This document shows, piece by piece, positions 1-12,131 of a stretch of 64,000 nt of DNA. The DNA comes from Neoconidiobolus thromboides FSU 785. Lineage: Eukaryota > Fungi > Entomophthoromycota. A model generated the notes under the pieces. It searched no databases and had not been told where the DNA came from. It saw only the letters and a list, made by a program, of their open reading frames with translations. The stretch is taken from NCBI GenBank assembly GCA_025603075.1, contig MU626351.1, positions 18,034-82,033 of the forward strand, read 5' to 3'. The position numbers and the translations under genes are program-made. The first letter of the stretch is position 1, and every line of letters starts with the position of its first letter.

Positions 1-582
1 TATTCGTAGGGTAACTAAATTTTAAACAGTCATACAAATTTATTACTTCTATAGAGTTTACAAATGGCTTTGGTCTTTTTGAAAAATCAATGTCGAAAGT
101 ATAGAATGAGAATACCAAAATGCTTTTACTAGGAGATAATTTTCAGTTTTAATCATAAAAACATACTACTACAACCAAGAATGTGCCTATCTTTTACATG
201 ATAATAAAAGTCAACTATCGGAAACCTAATGCTTTTCCTTTTTTAGATTTTAAAGGTTCTACTTTGAGTATGCAAATATAACTAAATCTCTTTCTGAATC
301 TTTCCTTTCATAACTTTTCCGAATATGTAAATCTCTTTAGTGAACGTTTACTACCTTCAAACAGCAATCACTCACTGTTTAACTTTTCACTTAGTACTAT
401 GATAATTTACAATTTGATTAGATAGGCATATAGTTGTGTATTATATTTACATTTTAAAGCATAAATTGATAATCTTGAATGAATAAAACATTGTAAATAA
501 AACAGAATACGTGCTTAAAATATCAGATTTAAAATTATAAAATCTTTTAATTTTTAATTTAACAAATTTCAAACATTCATTT

Positions 583-664
583 GAGAATATCTTTTTTATT
601 TTCATCACTTCTTCCATTTTTAAGCGCTATTGAGAGGAAAAATACTTGTAAAATTTTTAAACAA
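583..664 (-). mobile_element. Degenerate copy of ~98-bp MITE
   Basis: Core ttcatcacttcttccatttttaagcgctattgagaggaaaa matches the reverse complement of the family consensus; ends eroded. Confidence 0.6.
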
Positions 665-1963
665 AGGGGATTTTCATTTTTTATTTGACATAGTATTTAA
701 TACATAAATTAATTTTAATTTCAGTTCATGAAAACACATTTAGATGAAAATTATTTTTATGCTTATCGTTTATTTTTATAAAATTTACATCCATTTCATA
801 TTGGGTGCTTGTTAAAAAAAGCTATACAAAGTATTTATCTGTTTAATTTTTAGTTAAATGCTCTTAGTTTTATTGTTGGGTGCTCAAGTAATTATTGTTT
901 AGCACAAGAAAGCTGAGATAGATGAAGCCACTCCGATACAAATATAAAAAATATTCAACGCGATACCCAAATAATATTAAAACCAAGTAAAAAGTGCCTC
1001 TTAAGTTCAAATTAAGTCTTTTTATTTGGATATGGCATTTGTTCATTAGCATTTATTAATGATATCACCCTTTAGCAACATTGAGAAAAAGTCTCTTTAT
1101 AACACTTCAATGTCTGAAAGTAAAGCAACAGAAGAATTCATGGTAGTGATTTAATCAACTCAACCTTGAAGCACATCTATCATTATAAAGAACCCGAGCC
1201 AGCTGTTGAAGTTGCTAAACAAATGGCTCAATTCCTTTTTTAATATATTAAATGCATCTGGGAATAAAAGTCATTCATCAACATTTGGTGTTAAATCGAA
1301 GAATTTAGAAAATTTTTAAGATAAAAAGGAGTACCTCAAGCTCTTAGAAGATACTGACATGTCATTAGAGAAAACAACAAACTTAGCTATTACTTTGGAA
1401 ATAATATGGATCCAGTATCTATGGGAGATAGGTAAAATATTCATCATTATATTTTTAATGCGAGTTTTAGAAAATAATTGTAATCTTGTCAACACAATCT
1501 ATATTTTTCGGTTATTTCATTGAACAAAGTCAATGTGGCAGCAGTATAGAACCACAACGATAACATTTGCCTCTAGATGAATTGGCCTTTTACCTATCCA
1601 ATTATTAGCTTCGGTATTTTATAGTAAAATAATATCGGAAATATAGGATTGCCTTATTGTCATGTTTAAGTGCATTTAAATGAATGAAATATAATAAGTA
1701 ATTATAATTCAGTAAATGATAATAAGTTATTATTAATATGTAAATTTGAGAATAGATAAAAAAAATAAATATCATTTTTTATTATAAAATAAAATGAACC
1801 AATGATAATGATTTATAATCATTTTAAGATAAGATTCTAGTCACCATCTAATCAAAGTTCATATGTAGCATTGATGACTCAACCTGATATTCTCAAATAA
1901 TAAACATATAAAAATTCAAACAAAGCTTTAAACTTGTACTTTAATTCTATTTAAAAATATATT

Positions 1964-4243
1964 ATGGCTTACTGGAAAAAACTCCAGAAAACCCAGATTC
2001 TATCAAATATATCATTAAAACAATTAAAATTTCAAAGATCATTAACTACATCATTTAGATTATTTAATAACAATAATAACGATAACGATATGGAGTTAAA
2101 TAAATTTTCTTCTACATTAACTCAACATAAATCTAGAGGAGCTGCTCAAGCTATGTGTAAGTTATTGATATTTATTATATAAATAAAAGCAACTAAAGCC
2201 ATTTTATTAATGTAGTATACGCCACTGGTTTGAAAGAAGAAGATATGTCTAAGGCACAAATTGGTATCTCTAGTGTGTAAGTAAATCACTCATTTGTCTT
2301 TCTAGAAACTAATCGAATTATTCTTCTATTTTATATTATATTCTACTCTATATTAGTTGGTATGAAGGTAACCCATGCAATATGCATTTAAATAAATTGT
2401 CAGATCATGTGAAACTTGGTGTTGAAAATAATAACTTAATTGGTTATCGATTTAATACTATTGGTGTATCGGATGGTATGACTAATGGTACAGAGGGTAT
2501 GTCATATTCTTTACAATCCAGAGATATTATTGCAGATTCCATTGAAACAGTAAGATTTTGAATATTGTTGAATGGCATTTTTTATTAATTATTGTGGTTT
2601 AGGTCATGTGTGGTCAATTTTATGATGCAAATATATCTTTACCAGGTAAATCATACCATAAATCAAACTATTTTCAATCAATTAATCTCTCCCCATTCAA
2701 GGCTGTGATAAAAATATGCCAGGTTGTTTAATAGCTATGGGACGAGTAAATCGCCCCTCAATAATGGTCTATGGTGGTACCATTAAACCAGGAAAATCAA
2801 GTTGTCGACCAGGTCAAAATTTAGATATTATATCAGCATTTCAAAGTTACGGTGAATATATAACGGGTAAGATTGATGAAACTGAAAGAAGTAGTGTAAT
2901 TAAAAACTCATGTCCTGGAGCTGGCGCTTGTGGTGGAATGTATACTGCCAATACTAGTAAATTTTTTTATTTATGAAAGGTGTTGGTAATGCGGTATTAA
3001 TAGTTTATTTTTTAGTGGCCTCAGCAATTGAAGCTATGGGTATGTCATTACCTTATTCTTCTTCTATACCAGCAGAAGATGGAGAAAAAATTAAAGAATG
3101 TTTAAGAGCGGGAGAATACATTAAAATTTTGTTAGAAAAAGATATTAAACCAAAAGATATTATGACAAGAAAAGCCTTTGAAAATGCTATTACAGTGGTT
3201 ATGGCTCTAGGAGGTAATACGATTTATCAACTCAATTTACTCTCTCATTAATTTTATGAATTTAAATGAAGGTTCCACCAATGCAGTATTACATTTAATA
3301 GCTATGGCTCGTGCAGTGGATGTTGAATTAACACTTGATGATTTCCAAGTTATAAGTGATAAAGTGCCCTTTTTAGCAGATTTGAAACCCAGCGGTAAAT
3401 ACGTTATGGAAGATATCCAAGGCATCGGAGGTACTCCAGCCGTCTTGAAATATCTATATGAAAATGGCTTGATACATGGTGATTGCATGACGGTAACTGG
3501 AAAAACAGTAGCAGAAAATTTAGCTTCTGTACCAGGCTTAAAAGAAGGACAGGATATCATTAGACCTTTAGAAAAACCATTAAAACAAACAGCTCATATT
3601 CAAATATTAAAAGGTAATTTAGCACCGGAAGGTAGTGTGGCTAAGATTACTGGTAAAGAGGGATTGTACTTTGAAGGTCCTGCTAATGTATTTGATAATG
3701 AAGAAGCGATGCTAAAAGCTTTAGAAGATAATAAAATTAATAAAGGTGATGTGATTATTATTCGTTATGAAGGTCCTAAAGGTGGACCCGGTATGCCTGA
3801 AATGCGTAGGTGGTTCATTTTTTATTGGGTAAAAAAGATATTAATAGTTATTAGTTACTCCAACTTCTGCCATTATGGGAGCTGGATTAGGTAAAGATGT
3901 AGCTATGATGACAGATGGAAGATTTTCAGGTGGTAGCCATGTGAGTCTTTTAATTAATACGCTATAATATTTATGTAATATCCATTCATTCTAGGGTTTT
4001 ATCATTGGACATATCTCACCTGAAGCACAAGTAGGTGGTCCCATTGCATTAGTAAAAAATGGGGATCGTATCATTATTGATGCAGTTAATAAAAGTATTA
4101 AAATGGCTGATGTAACAGAAGAAGAGCTAGTGGAAAGAAAGAAAGAATGGAGAGCACCACCATTAAAAGCTAATCGTGGGACACTTTATAAATATATTAA
4201 AAACGTCAAATCAGCGTCACTTGGATGTGTGACGGATGAGTAA
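1964..4243 (+). CDS. ILV3: Dihydroxy-acid dehydratase, mitochondrial (multi-exon, ~8 short introns)
   Basis: Spliced translation gives hallmark IlvD motifs: [90 protein letters not shown]-stop at 4241-4243. N-terminal presequence-like segment; GT-AG introns. Confidence 0.95.
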
Positions 4244-4365
4244 GGCTATTAGGAGTGGTAAATACGATTTAATTTAAAAATAAATGAAGACAAAATTAAG
4301 AGGGATATTATTTTATGGTTATTTTTTATTTTAAATATCACTATATTATGCTATAATATTCTCTA

Positions 4366-5201
4366 TTACATTCTCTTTCTATCTTTTAAAAATTCATTAA
4401 TAGCAAATAAACTTTTAAATCCCTGGTACTTCATATGTGGTAAATCGATCCAAAACTTACTTTGTTTAAACTCCTTCCTACCCACATATTCATCCAATAA
4501 TCTAAAAGTGACATGAGGTAATCTTCCATACTTTAACATACCGACTTTAATAGTAGTAAATTCGGAACTTCCTAATATGGAAGTAGTTTCAAAAGTAACT
4601 TTAGTGTTGTGAGTGATCAACTGAGTTTCGGTGGGTTTAACATTTTTTTCTATTGAATTTTGAATGGGGATAATGTTGTCTGATTCTGGATATAAATACA
4701 TATGTAATACATAAGGGCCACAAAACCAATGCATAAAACTAGTGGAAGCTAAACTGGTGATACAAGCTAAAATAAAATAAAAATATTAATTAATAAAGTT
4801 CATTTTGTTATAGGTATTGTTATTGTTATATTATTATTATTCTATTATAACTAAATCCAAATACCTAGTACCACCCAAGTAAACGAAAAATTAGCTTGCT
4901 GTACCCAGGGATGTTGCCAATAAACAGTAAATAAAGGCAGTGACACAACACCTAATAAACTTGTCATTAAAGATAATTTTTTGACTAATTGGATCGCTCT
5001 TCCAGAAGGGGAAGTGAATACCAATTCACCTTTGAGATCATTAATTTCGTTCAATGAAGTGGGTTGAAGTAATTGATTGTTCGAGAATACGGAAGTTTGT
5101 GTATGAAATGCTAGCTTTTGAGTGCTAAGATTTAATGACGGATAGAGATTGTATCTTAATTTTAATATTAAATTAGATTTTAATAGTTTAGATTGAATCA
5201 T
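4366..5201 (-). CDS. TMEM70-family mitochondrial membrane protein (ATP synthase assembly factor-like), 2 exons
   Basis: Intron ~4866-4767 (GT...AG) joins two ORFs in frame. Product has a basic presequence, LVFTSPSGRAIQLVKKLSLMTSLLG, two hydrophobic helices, then LHWFCGPYVLHMY and ETTSILG, the layout I recall for TMEM70-family proteins. Confidence 0.6.
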
Positions 5202-5458
5202 TTTTTTTAAGCTTTGAAATGAAATAAGTGATTTTTAAATCAAAATTAAAAATTGAAGTTTGTTGAGTTTACAAATAAAATACATTTTCAAAAGTATAGG
5301 AATGCTTTTTCATTTTTTTCATTTTTTGAATGCTATTATTGCATTGAAAGATCAATTATTGTAGATCCTTTAAAAAATACCTAACATATTTTAATTTATA
5401 TAATTATAAAACAAATTAATATATATAAATTAAGTGACAAAGATAGCAACTAAAATGA

Positions 5459-5530
5459 TTCTTCATGGTCCAGTGGTTAGGATTTTCCGCTTTCACCGGA
5501 ACGGCCGGGGTTCGATTCCCCGTGAGGAAG
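5459..5530 (+). tRNA. tRNA-Glu (anticodon TTC), intronless
   Basis: Cloverleaf: acceptor TTCTTCA/TGAGGAA, D-arm GTCC/GGAT, anticodon stem TTCCG/CGGAA with loop CTTTCAC, T-arm CGGGG-TTCGATT-CCCCG. T-run terminator ~20 bp downstream. Confidence 0.95.
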
Positions 5531-5752
5531 TAATAGATCTTTATTAAGCAATTTTTTGATGTAATTATCAAACTTGGTTCAAATGCTACAAAAATTATCA
5601 CTTTTGCTTATATTGGGCGTTTTTTTATCCAATTTTAATGGTTTTTTCTAGTTTTACGCTACATGAGAAATGGACAAAATTTGAATCAAGCTTTTAAACA
5701 TATCAAAAATCGAAATTTTATAAAAGAATTGTTTTCTAATTATTTTAACAAA

Positions 5753-8700
5753 ATGAAAAAGGATAAATTAAAATTGAAGCAAAGTAAATTAATGAGTATA
5801 TAGAAATACCAATATTAGGTATTAATGATATTGAATTTAGCTACTTTAAATAATATATTAACGCCCATTGGGGTGAAGGTTAATAGTAAGTAGTAATATC
5901 GATGGTATTAATAATGAATAGAAATTAAAGTTAACTTACATAACATTTAGCCAACCGAGGTATAGAAATCGACAAGTTTGTTGAGGTAATATTAGTACAA
6001 TTTATTAAATGATTTGGATAGATATTGATGAATTGCTATTATTTAGACACGTAAGAATGAAATTGAACAGATGGAAAAAACGATGAAACAATATAGGTAA
6101 AGATAAAAGCAACTAACAACAATTAGTTTTTGATTTTCGATTTTTGATTTTGAGTCTATTTTTGTTAAATTAGAAAATCAGTCAATAAAAGAGCGTTTCA
6201 AACACTTCCAAGATATTTAAGAAGAAGAACAGCTAGTCATAATTGTTATAGAGTGCCGCAAAGATTAAGAGAAAAAACCAAATTTGAAGTGAGTATTTAA
6301 TATTAGTAGTAATAGTATCCAAGTTTAATGGGATTCAATTAATATACATAATTATAGATCTCTAAAGATGGCTTAAAAATAAGAAAAAGAAGCTCACGAT
6401 TTAAATATTATGCTAAAAATAGAAGGTTAGAATATCTAAAAAGGCAAAGTAAGTTGTAGTTTATTAGTGAATTGTTTTTGTTTTTTATATTTTCAATCAA
6501 TAGAAAATAAAACTTGGTTACAAACGCATATTTGGCATGCCAAAAGAATGCATATGAAAGTATTATGGGGCTATTCATTGGTAATAAGATTTAACTTAAT
6601 ATGTTATTTATATTAATATGGTATTTATTATTATTGTTATTATTACTTCTTGTTATTATAGCCCATTAAAGCTACATTGAAAAACTATCGAACTTTATAT
6701 CGATATAATAAGACTAAAGCAACGATTTATGATATAAGTTATAATTCTATAATCCAATTAAATGGCAATAAAATAGAGTTAAGTTCATTTTTAAATTTGT
6801 TTTTGGATCCATCCGAATTATCAGTAAAGAGCAAAAGGTAATATTAATATTTAGTTGTTTCTTTTTATAAGGATATTAATATTGCTTTTATTAGAATATC
6901 AACAGGAAAAAGGATGTACTCAAGCATGTTATATGAGAAATTAAGTTTCCCTTATAACTTATTATGCCCAATTAAATTGATTTTCCAATCCACCCTCAAC
7001 CAAACAGAACCCTCATCTAACAATACTAAAGTATGGATTATAATCCATGCTTCATGTTATTATAAAGTATTTAATATGTTCGAAAATGAAATTAGAGAAA
7101 GTGAATCAAACATTCAGTTATTAAATTTAAAGGATAAATTGAATTTGTTTTTATTAAATGGTAAAAATGCAGCTATGAGTTTATCCAAGGCGTTGGATCC
7201 AACAGAGAGTGATGATCCTAAATTAGGTAATTCGAAATATGGACAAGAGGTAAAAAAAACTTATTTAAATTTAGATTTTTTTCTGAGATATTAATATTAC
7301 TTTTTATTAGTTATTTTCCTTGTTACAATATCCAGGCTTAGCAACTACCATTGGTTTAAATACTATTTTTTCAGTCACTTTATTGGATCCTAGGTTGAGG
7401 TAAATTTAGTTTTATATAATAATAATAGAGTATTTAAATTAACATATGAATAACAAATAATAGAGGAACTCCAAGAAAAGAAAAGAGCATAGAAAGTTAT
7501 CAAATTACAAAAGATAAACAAGATAGAATCATTGATCTTTTATTAACTCATACCGATGATTTAGCTTATTCAAAATTATGGGATATGATGGAGAATGAAG
7601 AAGAAAATAAAAATAGCGAGAAAAGTATTAATAATAGAAAATCAAAAGTGAGTCAAGCTATTTTATCGTAACTATATATTTATAATAATATTGTATTTAG
7701 TTGTTACTTCCTAAAACAGGATTAAAACCTACACCTTGCGATAACCGTATCCCCATCATCATCGTCAAGACAAGTATCTCTTCCCACCCTACATCAGAAA
7801 AAGACAATTATTTATTAATAACTCCCTCCCAATGGGGAAGAGATTTATTTAAACAGTTTGTTTTTAATTCTACTTTAGTAATGGGTTTAAGAGATTATAA
7901 TAATTTAAATTATGAATCAAAATCATTCCGATTTCCAAATGATTATCCAATGACTAACAGTTATTTGGAGTATATCAAAGATAAAAAGCTATTAAAGATG
8001 AGTAAGTATTTAGCAACTTCAAAGGCAAAGAGAGTCAATTTTGAAAAATTAAAAGTGAAATATCCATTTGGACCCGAGTTTAAAAGTTTAACCTATTATC
8101 AACAATTAAGAGGAGAGGAAATAGAGGGAAATAGAATGGGAAATAAACGTAAATTAAAAGAAGAAGAGGGAAATAAAGAGGATATCAAAATGGAAAATGA
8201 GAGTGATAAAGTAATGGAAATTAAAAAAAACAAATTAAAGAATAAAGGTGAAGAAACAGATAGAAATATAGAAGAACCTAACACTGCTATCATCACTTCT
8301 CTAATTAATTTAAACTCTATGTTCTTATTACCAAATAAGTTAGTTAGTGAAGTTATTAAAATTAAAGATGATGAACAAAAATTAATAAATATTAATAAAA
8401 TATTAGATCAAAGTTTAAAAAGCTATGAATTTAAAAGAGAAATTCAATTGAATAATCAAGTGAATTGGGATTCAGGATTAATTCAAATCAATTTAGAATT
8501 TATTAATGGGGCGAGTGGTAAATTTAAATTTGGTATGGTTTATATGATGAATAAAAATTGGCTAGAGATAAAGAAGGATGAAACGGTGAAAGAGGTAAAT
8601 CCATTATTACTAACTTTTTTTAATTATTTGATTTAAATTTTATTCATTTATTAATGATAACTTTAGAAATCAAATTCAGCGAATGATATACCCCCTGAAT

Positions 8701-8983
8701 CTGACATTATTGGCTATGTAACTTCAAGTAATTATTCATTAAGTGAAGGAAATGTAACTGGAATGGCAAGTATTTTATTAAAATCTTTGGTAGAATTGAT
8801 GATTAAAGATAAAAGGTAAGTGGATTGTTTTATAAAGTTGTTTTTTTGAACAGATATAGGTGATGAGGTTGAATTTTAACTGATAGTGTTTTTTTTAGGA
8901 AAAATAGAAAAGATAAGTTATTGGTTTTAGTACGTTCAACCACATCTAGAGTTCCCAAAGTGGCTAGAATTATACTTCCTTAA
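5753..8983 (+). CDS. POP1: RNase P/MRP protein subunit Pop1 (multi-exon; start codon tentative)
   Basis: Exons encode RAFQTLPRYLRRRTASHNCYRVPQRLR and WLQTHIWHAKRMHMKVLWGY (Pop1 N-terminal signature), then GRDLFKQFVF...GLRD...FPNDYPMT (POPLD region) and C-terminal IGYVTSSNYSLSEG. Confidence 0.9.
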
Positions 8984-9379
8984 GTAAAAATAAATAAGTG
9001 TGAAAGTTTCGATTGATAACATAGAGAAATTGATTTTTAATGTTTTTTTAATAAATTGTAAAATGAAAATTGTTGATAAGCTTTCTTAAGATTAAAATAT
9101 GAATTTTAGCTTTTAATTTTATGTTATTATAAATATTTAAAAGTTAAAACTGATTGATTTTCTAATATTGTTCAATTAATTGTACTTTATATCAGCCTTA
9201 AATGCAAGGTCATTGTCTATTTAATAAAAATCAGTTATGAATTAATGGATCTTTTAGTTTAATTATTTTTATTTATCAAATATTGAAATTATAACATGGA
9301 TTTGATAAAGTGGAAAAATATGACAAAACAAGAAAATTGCCCCTACTAACAAGTTTTTAATAGTTGTTAATAATTAGTT

Positions 9380-9476
9380 GGGGATGTATTTTCGTGCTTA
9401 AGAACTTTACTAATAAATTTTTCACTTAAATAGCGCTTAAAAATGGAAAAAATAATGAAATCAAAAAAACACTCCC
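9380..9476 (+). mobile_element. ~98-bp MITE copy (Sola-like)
   Basis: GGGGATGTATTTT...AAAAAAACACTCCC with 4-bp duplication AGTT on both sides. Confidence 0.9.
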
Positions 9477-9580
9477 AGTTAATTATTATGTATCATCATA
9501 CTTTTCCACTTTACCAAATCCATTTTATCCTTTATTTTTTAAATCAAATTTAACAATACTAATGATTCAAAACATTAATT

Positions 9581-9679
9581 TGTTTTTTTGTTTAACAATT
9601 TTATTAACAATTTTATTAACAGTTTTCCACTCAAATAGCACTTAAGAAATAGAAGTGATGAAGCTGAAAAAAACACCCC
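9581..9679 (+). mobile_element. MITE copy, left end eroded, right end interrupted by solo-LTR-like insertion
   Basis: ttccactcaaatagcactt...aaaaaaacacccc runs directly into TGTGAAAT at 9680. Confidence 0.75.
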
Positions 9680-10143
9680 TGTGAAATATCACTCTGTCAG
9701 CCCCATGGTTAATTATAGCATAATAATTTCCTAAGCTGTTGTGTTCTCGATTATACAGACAATTAGTCCCATGTTCTTATTTTGATTTGCTATGAGAATT
9801 TCTATCTTCGTCCCAAAGAATATTATCCTCTCGTTTTGATATTTATACTTATCGGAGTATAAAAGAGATTCTAAAACATAATAGCTCTAGGCTTTTTAAC
9901 TGAATTATTCCCTGATATCTTATACATTTAATAAAGACACTAAGTTTTCTTAATAATATTTTATGTAGATTTTACATTAGTATTGTCTATTCTATTTGTT
10001 TTACATAGTCTGTAGCCTATTACGTGCTATTCTTCGTAATCCAAGTCTATTTTAGTCACATAAACTAAGACTTTTCGACTTATAGTGTAATCAATCAGGT
10101 AATAGCTGTTTTTGACTCCAAATACTGAGTACCAGATTTCACA
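9680..10143 (+). mobile_element. 464-bp solo-LTR-like element, copy 1
   Basis: Starts TGTGAAAT and ends ATTTCACA. TATAAAA at ~9858 and AATAAA at ~9930. Flanks ACCCC / ACTCT (5-bp duplication with two C>T changes). Reverse complement of 11387-11850. Confidence 0.75.
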
Positions 10144-10148
10144 ACTCT

Positions 10149-10750
10149 GTGTTGATACTCAAAAAAACACATTTAATGAAACTATTAAAAAATTAAATAA
10201 TAAAAGTTGTGTAATAATTTTAGATTTTAAACAAAATATGGAAATAGGAACAAGACCAGATTCAATAAATCTAGATCATTATAATAAACAAGCTATATCA
10301 GTATTAGGTTTTGGTGCTTTATACTTAAAAGATGATAAAATAATAGGCAGAGTTTATTTTGATTATTTATCTGAAATATTGAATCATGATTCAGCATATG
10401 CAGGAGATTATTTAATTGATTTAATCTCTATAGAGCTTTTATTTAAAAATTTTGTAAGAATTAATATATGGACAGGTACGGAAAATCATTTTAAATTTCA
10501 AGAGTTTCTACATTACACATTTGAAGAAATTCATAAAATAAATAGTAGTTTGAATGTCGATTTTAATTTTTTTGCTAAGCATCATGGAAAAGGTATAATT
10601 GATAGACATTTTGGAAATCTTTTACAATGAAAAAGTAGTTTTAAAACATTAAGAAAAATGGAAGATATTACTTAATTAATTTTAAAATTTGAGGTTTTTG
10701 TTTGTGAGCATAATATGATCAATAACTCAACTGTTAATAATGGAAAAACA
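10149..10750 (+). pseudogene. Fragment of DDD-type DNA transposase (Sola-like), inactivated
   Basis: CVIILDFKQN...NHDS...INIWTGTENHFK...NFFAKHHGKGIIDRHFG follows the pattern D...(S/T)D..HF...HGK..D. The middle Asp position reads Gly. In-frame TGA at 10628-10630, after which the frame continues briefly. The 5' end is cut at the LTR-like element. Confidence 0.65.
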
Positions 10751-10753
10751 GAT

Positions 10754-10850
10754 GGGGATGTATTTTTGTGTTTAAGAATTTCACTAATAATTTTTCCGCT
10801 TAAATAGTGCTTAAAAGATGAAAAAGTAATGAAGCCAAAAAAACACCCCC
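10754..10850 (+). mobile_element. MITE copy
   Basis: GGGGATGTATTTTT...AAAAAAACACCCCC; flanks not perfectly duplicated. Confidence 0.85.
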
Positions 10851-10993
10851 ATAAGTTAAATAATTGTTAAAGTTTTTATCATGTATAAGTAATAAAAAGT
10901 TAAATTTGTTGAAAATAGCTTTGATTTTCTTATCGTTAGCTTTTTTTAACTTTTTTAATCAAGCTTTTATATATTTTGTAATTAATAATATTA

Positions 10994-11082
10994 GGGAATG
11001 TGTTTTTTTGTTTAAGAATTTTACTAATATCTTTCGACTCAAATAGTGCTTAAAAAGTAGAAAATAATGAAAAAAAATTCTC
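10994..11082 (+). mobile_element. MITE copy (small internal deletion)
   Basis: Consensus core; ATTA duplicated on both sides. Confidence 0.8.
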
Positions 11083-11141
11083 ATTATTAAGTTTTTAGTT
11101 AAATTTAATAAACTAATTATAGATTTTTTTATCAAACATTA

Positions 11142-11239
11142 GGGGATGTATTTTTGTAGTCAAGAGTTTTACTAACAATTTTTCCACTCAAGTAGTGCTT
11201 AAAAGATAGAAAAAGTAATAAAGCAAAAAAAATATCCCC
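11142..11239 (+). mobile_element. MITE copy
   Basis: GGGGATGTATTTTT...AAAAAAATATCCCC; flanks ATTA/AATA. Confidence 0.88.
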
Positions 11240-11386
11240 AATATTTAATAATTTATATTAAAACTAATTAAACTGCCATTCCTACTATTTTGATATTATT
11301 TAAAAGTAAAAATATCATTATCAAGGATACAAATAAAAATATATATATATTTTTAAATAAGTTTCAATATCTGGTTTCAATATGGG

Positions 11387-11850
11387 TGTGAAATCTGGTA
11401 CTCAGGGTTTGGAGTCAAGAACAGCTATTGCTGGGTTGACTACACTATAAGTCGAAAGGTCTTAGTTTATGTGACTAAGATAGACTTGGATTATGAGGAA
11501 TAGCACGTAATAGGTTACAAGCTATATAAGACAAATAGAATAGACAATACTAATGTAAAATCTATGTAAAATACTATTAAGAAAACTTAGTGGCTTTATT
11601 AAATGTTCGAGATATCAGGGAATAATTCAGTTAAAAAGCCTCGAACTATTATACTCTGTAAACTCTTTTATACTCTGAAAAATATAAATATCAAAATGAG
11701 AAGATAGTATTCTTTTGGATGGAGCTAGAAATTCTCATAACAAATCAAAATAAGAACATGGGATTGATTTCCTCTGAGCTCGAGAACACAACAGCTTAGG
11801 CGATTGTTATGTTATAATTAACCATGGGACTGACATAGCGATATTTCACA
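11387..11850 (-). mobile_element. 464-bp solo-LTR-like element, copy 2 (inverted relative to copy 1)
   Basis: TGTGAAAT...ATTTCACA termini. Perfect 5-bp duplication ATGGG at 11382-11386 and 11851-11855. Same length as copy 1 and alignable along its whole length. Confidence 0.8.
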
Positions 11851-11852
11851 AT

Positions 11853-11950
11853 GGGGATGTATTTTTTTGTTTAAGAATTTTACTAACAATCTTTCTGCTC
11901 AAATAGCGCTTAAAAAGTGGAAAAGTAATGAAATCAAAAAAAACATCCCC
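11853..11950 (+). mobile_element. MITE copy whose left terminus was the LTR target site
   Basis: GGGGATGTATTTTTTT...AAAAAAAACATCCCC. Removing the LTR restores ATAT|GGGG...CCCC|ATAT. Confidence 0.9.
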
Positions 11951-12036
11951 ATATATTAATAGCTTAATTTTACTATCATTGTTTATATCACGTTTAAAGA
12001 CAACTAGCTATTAATAATGTTTAAATATTAAATATA

Positions 12037-12131
12037 GAAGTATTTTTTTTGATTCTGTCTTTTTTTTCTTTTAACCGTTATTTAAGTAGAAAAACTATTA
12101 GTAAAATCTTTGAATAAAAAAACTGTATCCT
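12037..12131 (-). mobile_element. Degenerate MITE copy
   Basis: ttttaaccgttatttaagtagaaaaactattagtaaaatc matches the reverse consensus with many substitutions. Confidence 0.55.

Noticed and set aside
1050-1700. Coding-like stretch with few stops upstream of ILV3
   Set aside because: No recognisable motif or valid gene structure; may be a decayed gene.
5416-5601. 61-aa minus-strand ORF
   Set aside because: Antisense to the tRNA-Glu gene.
5459-8983. tRNA gene adjacent to POP1 (a tRNA-processing subunit) as a functional cluster
   Set aside because: A single adjacency; tRNA genes are widely dispersed, so chance is sufficient.
9680-11850. The two 464-bp arms as long TIRs of a single 2.2-kb DNA transposon
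   Set aside because: The outer flanks (ACCCC vs ATGGG) are not duplicated, while each arm has its own TG...CA ends and its own 5-bp duplication. Independent insertions fit better, though this is not fully excluded.
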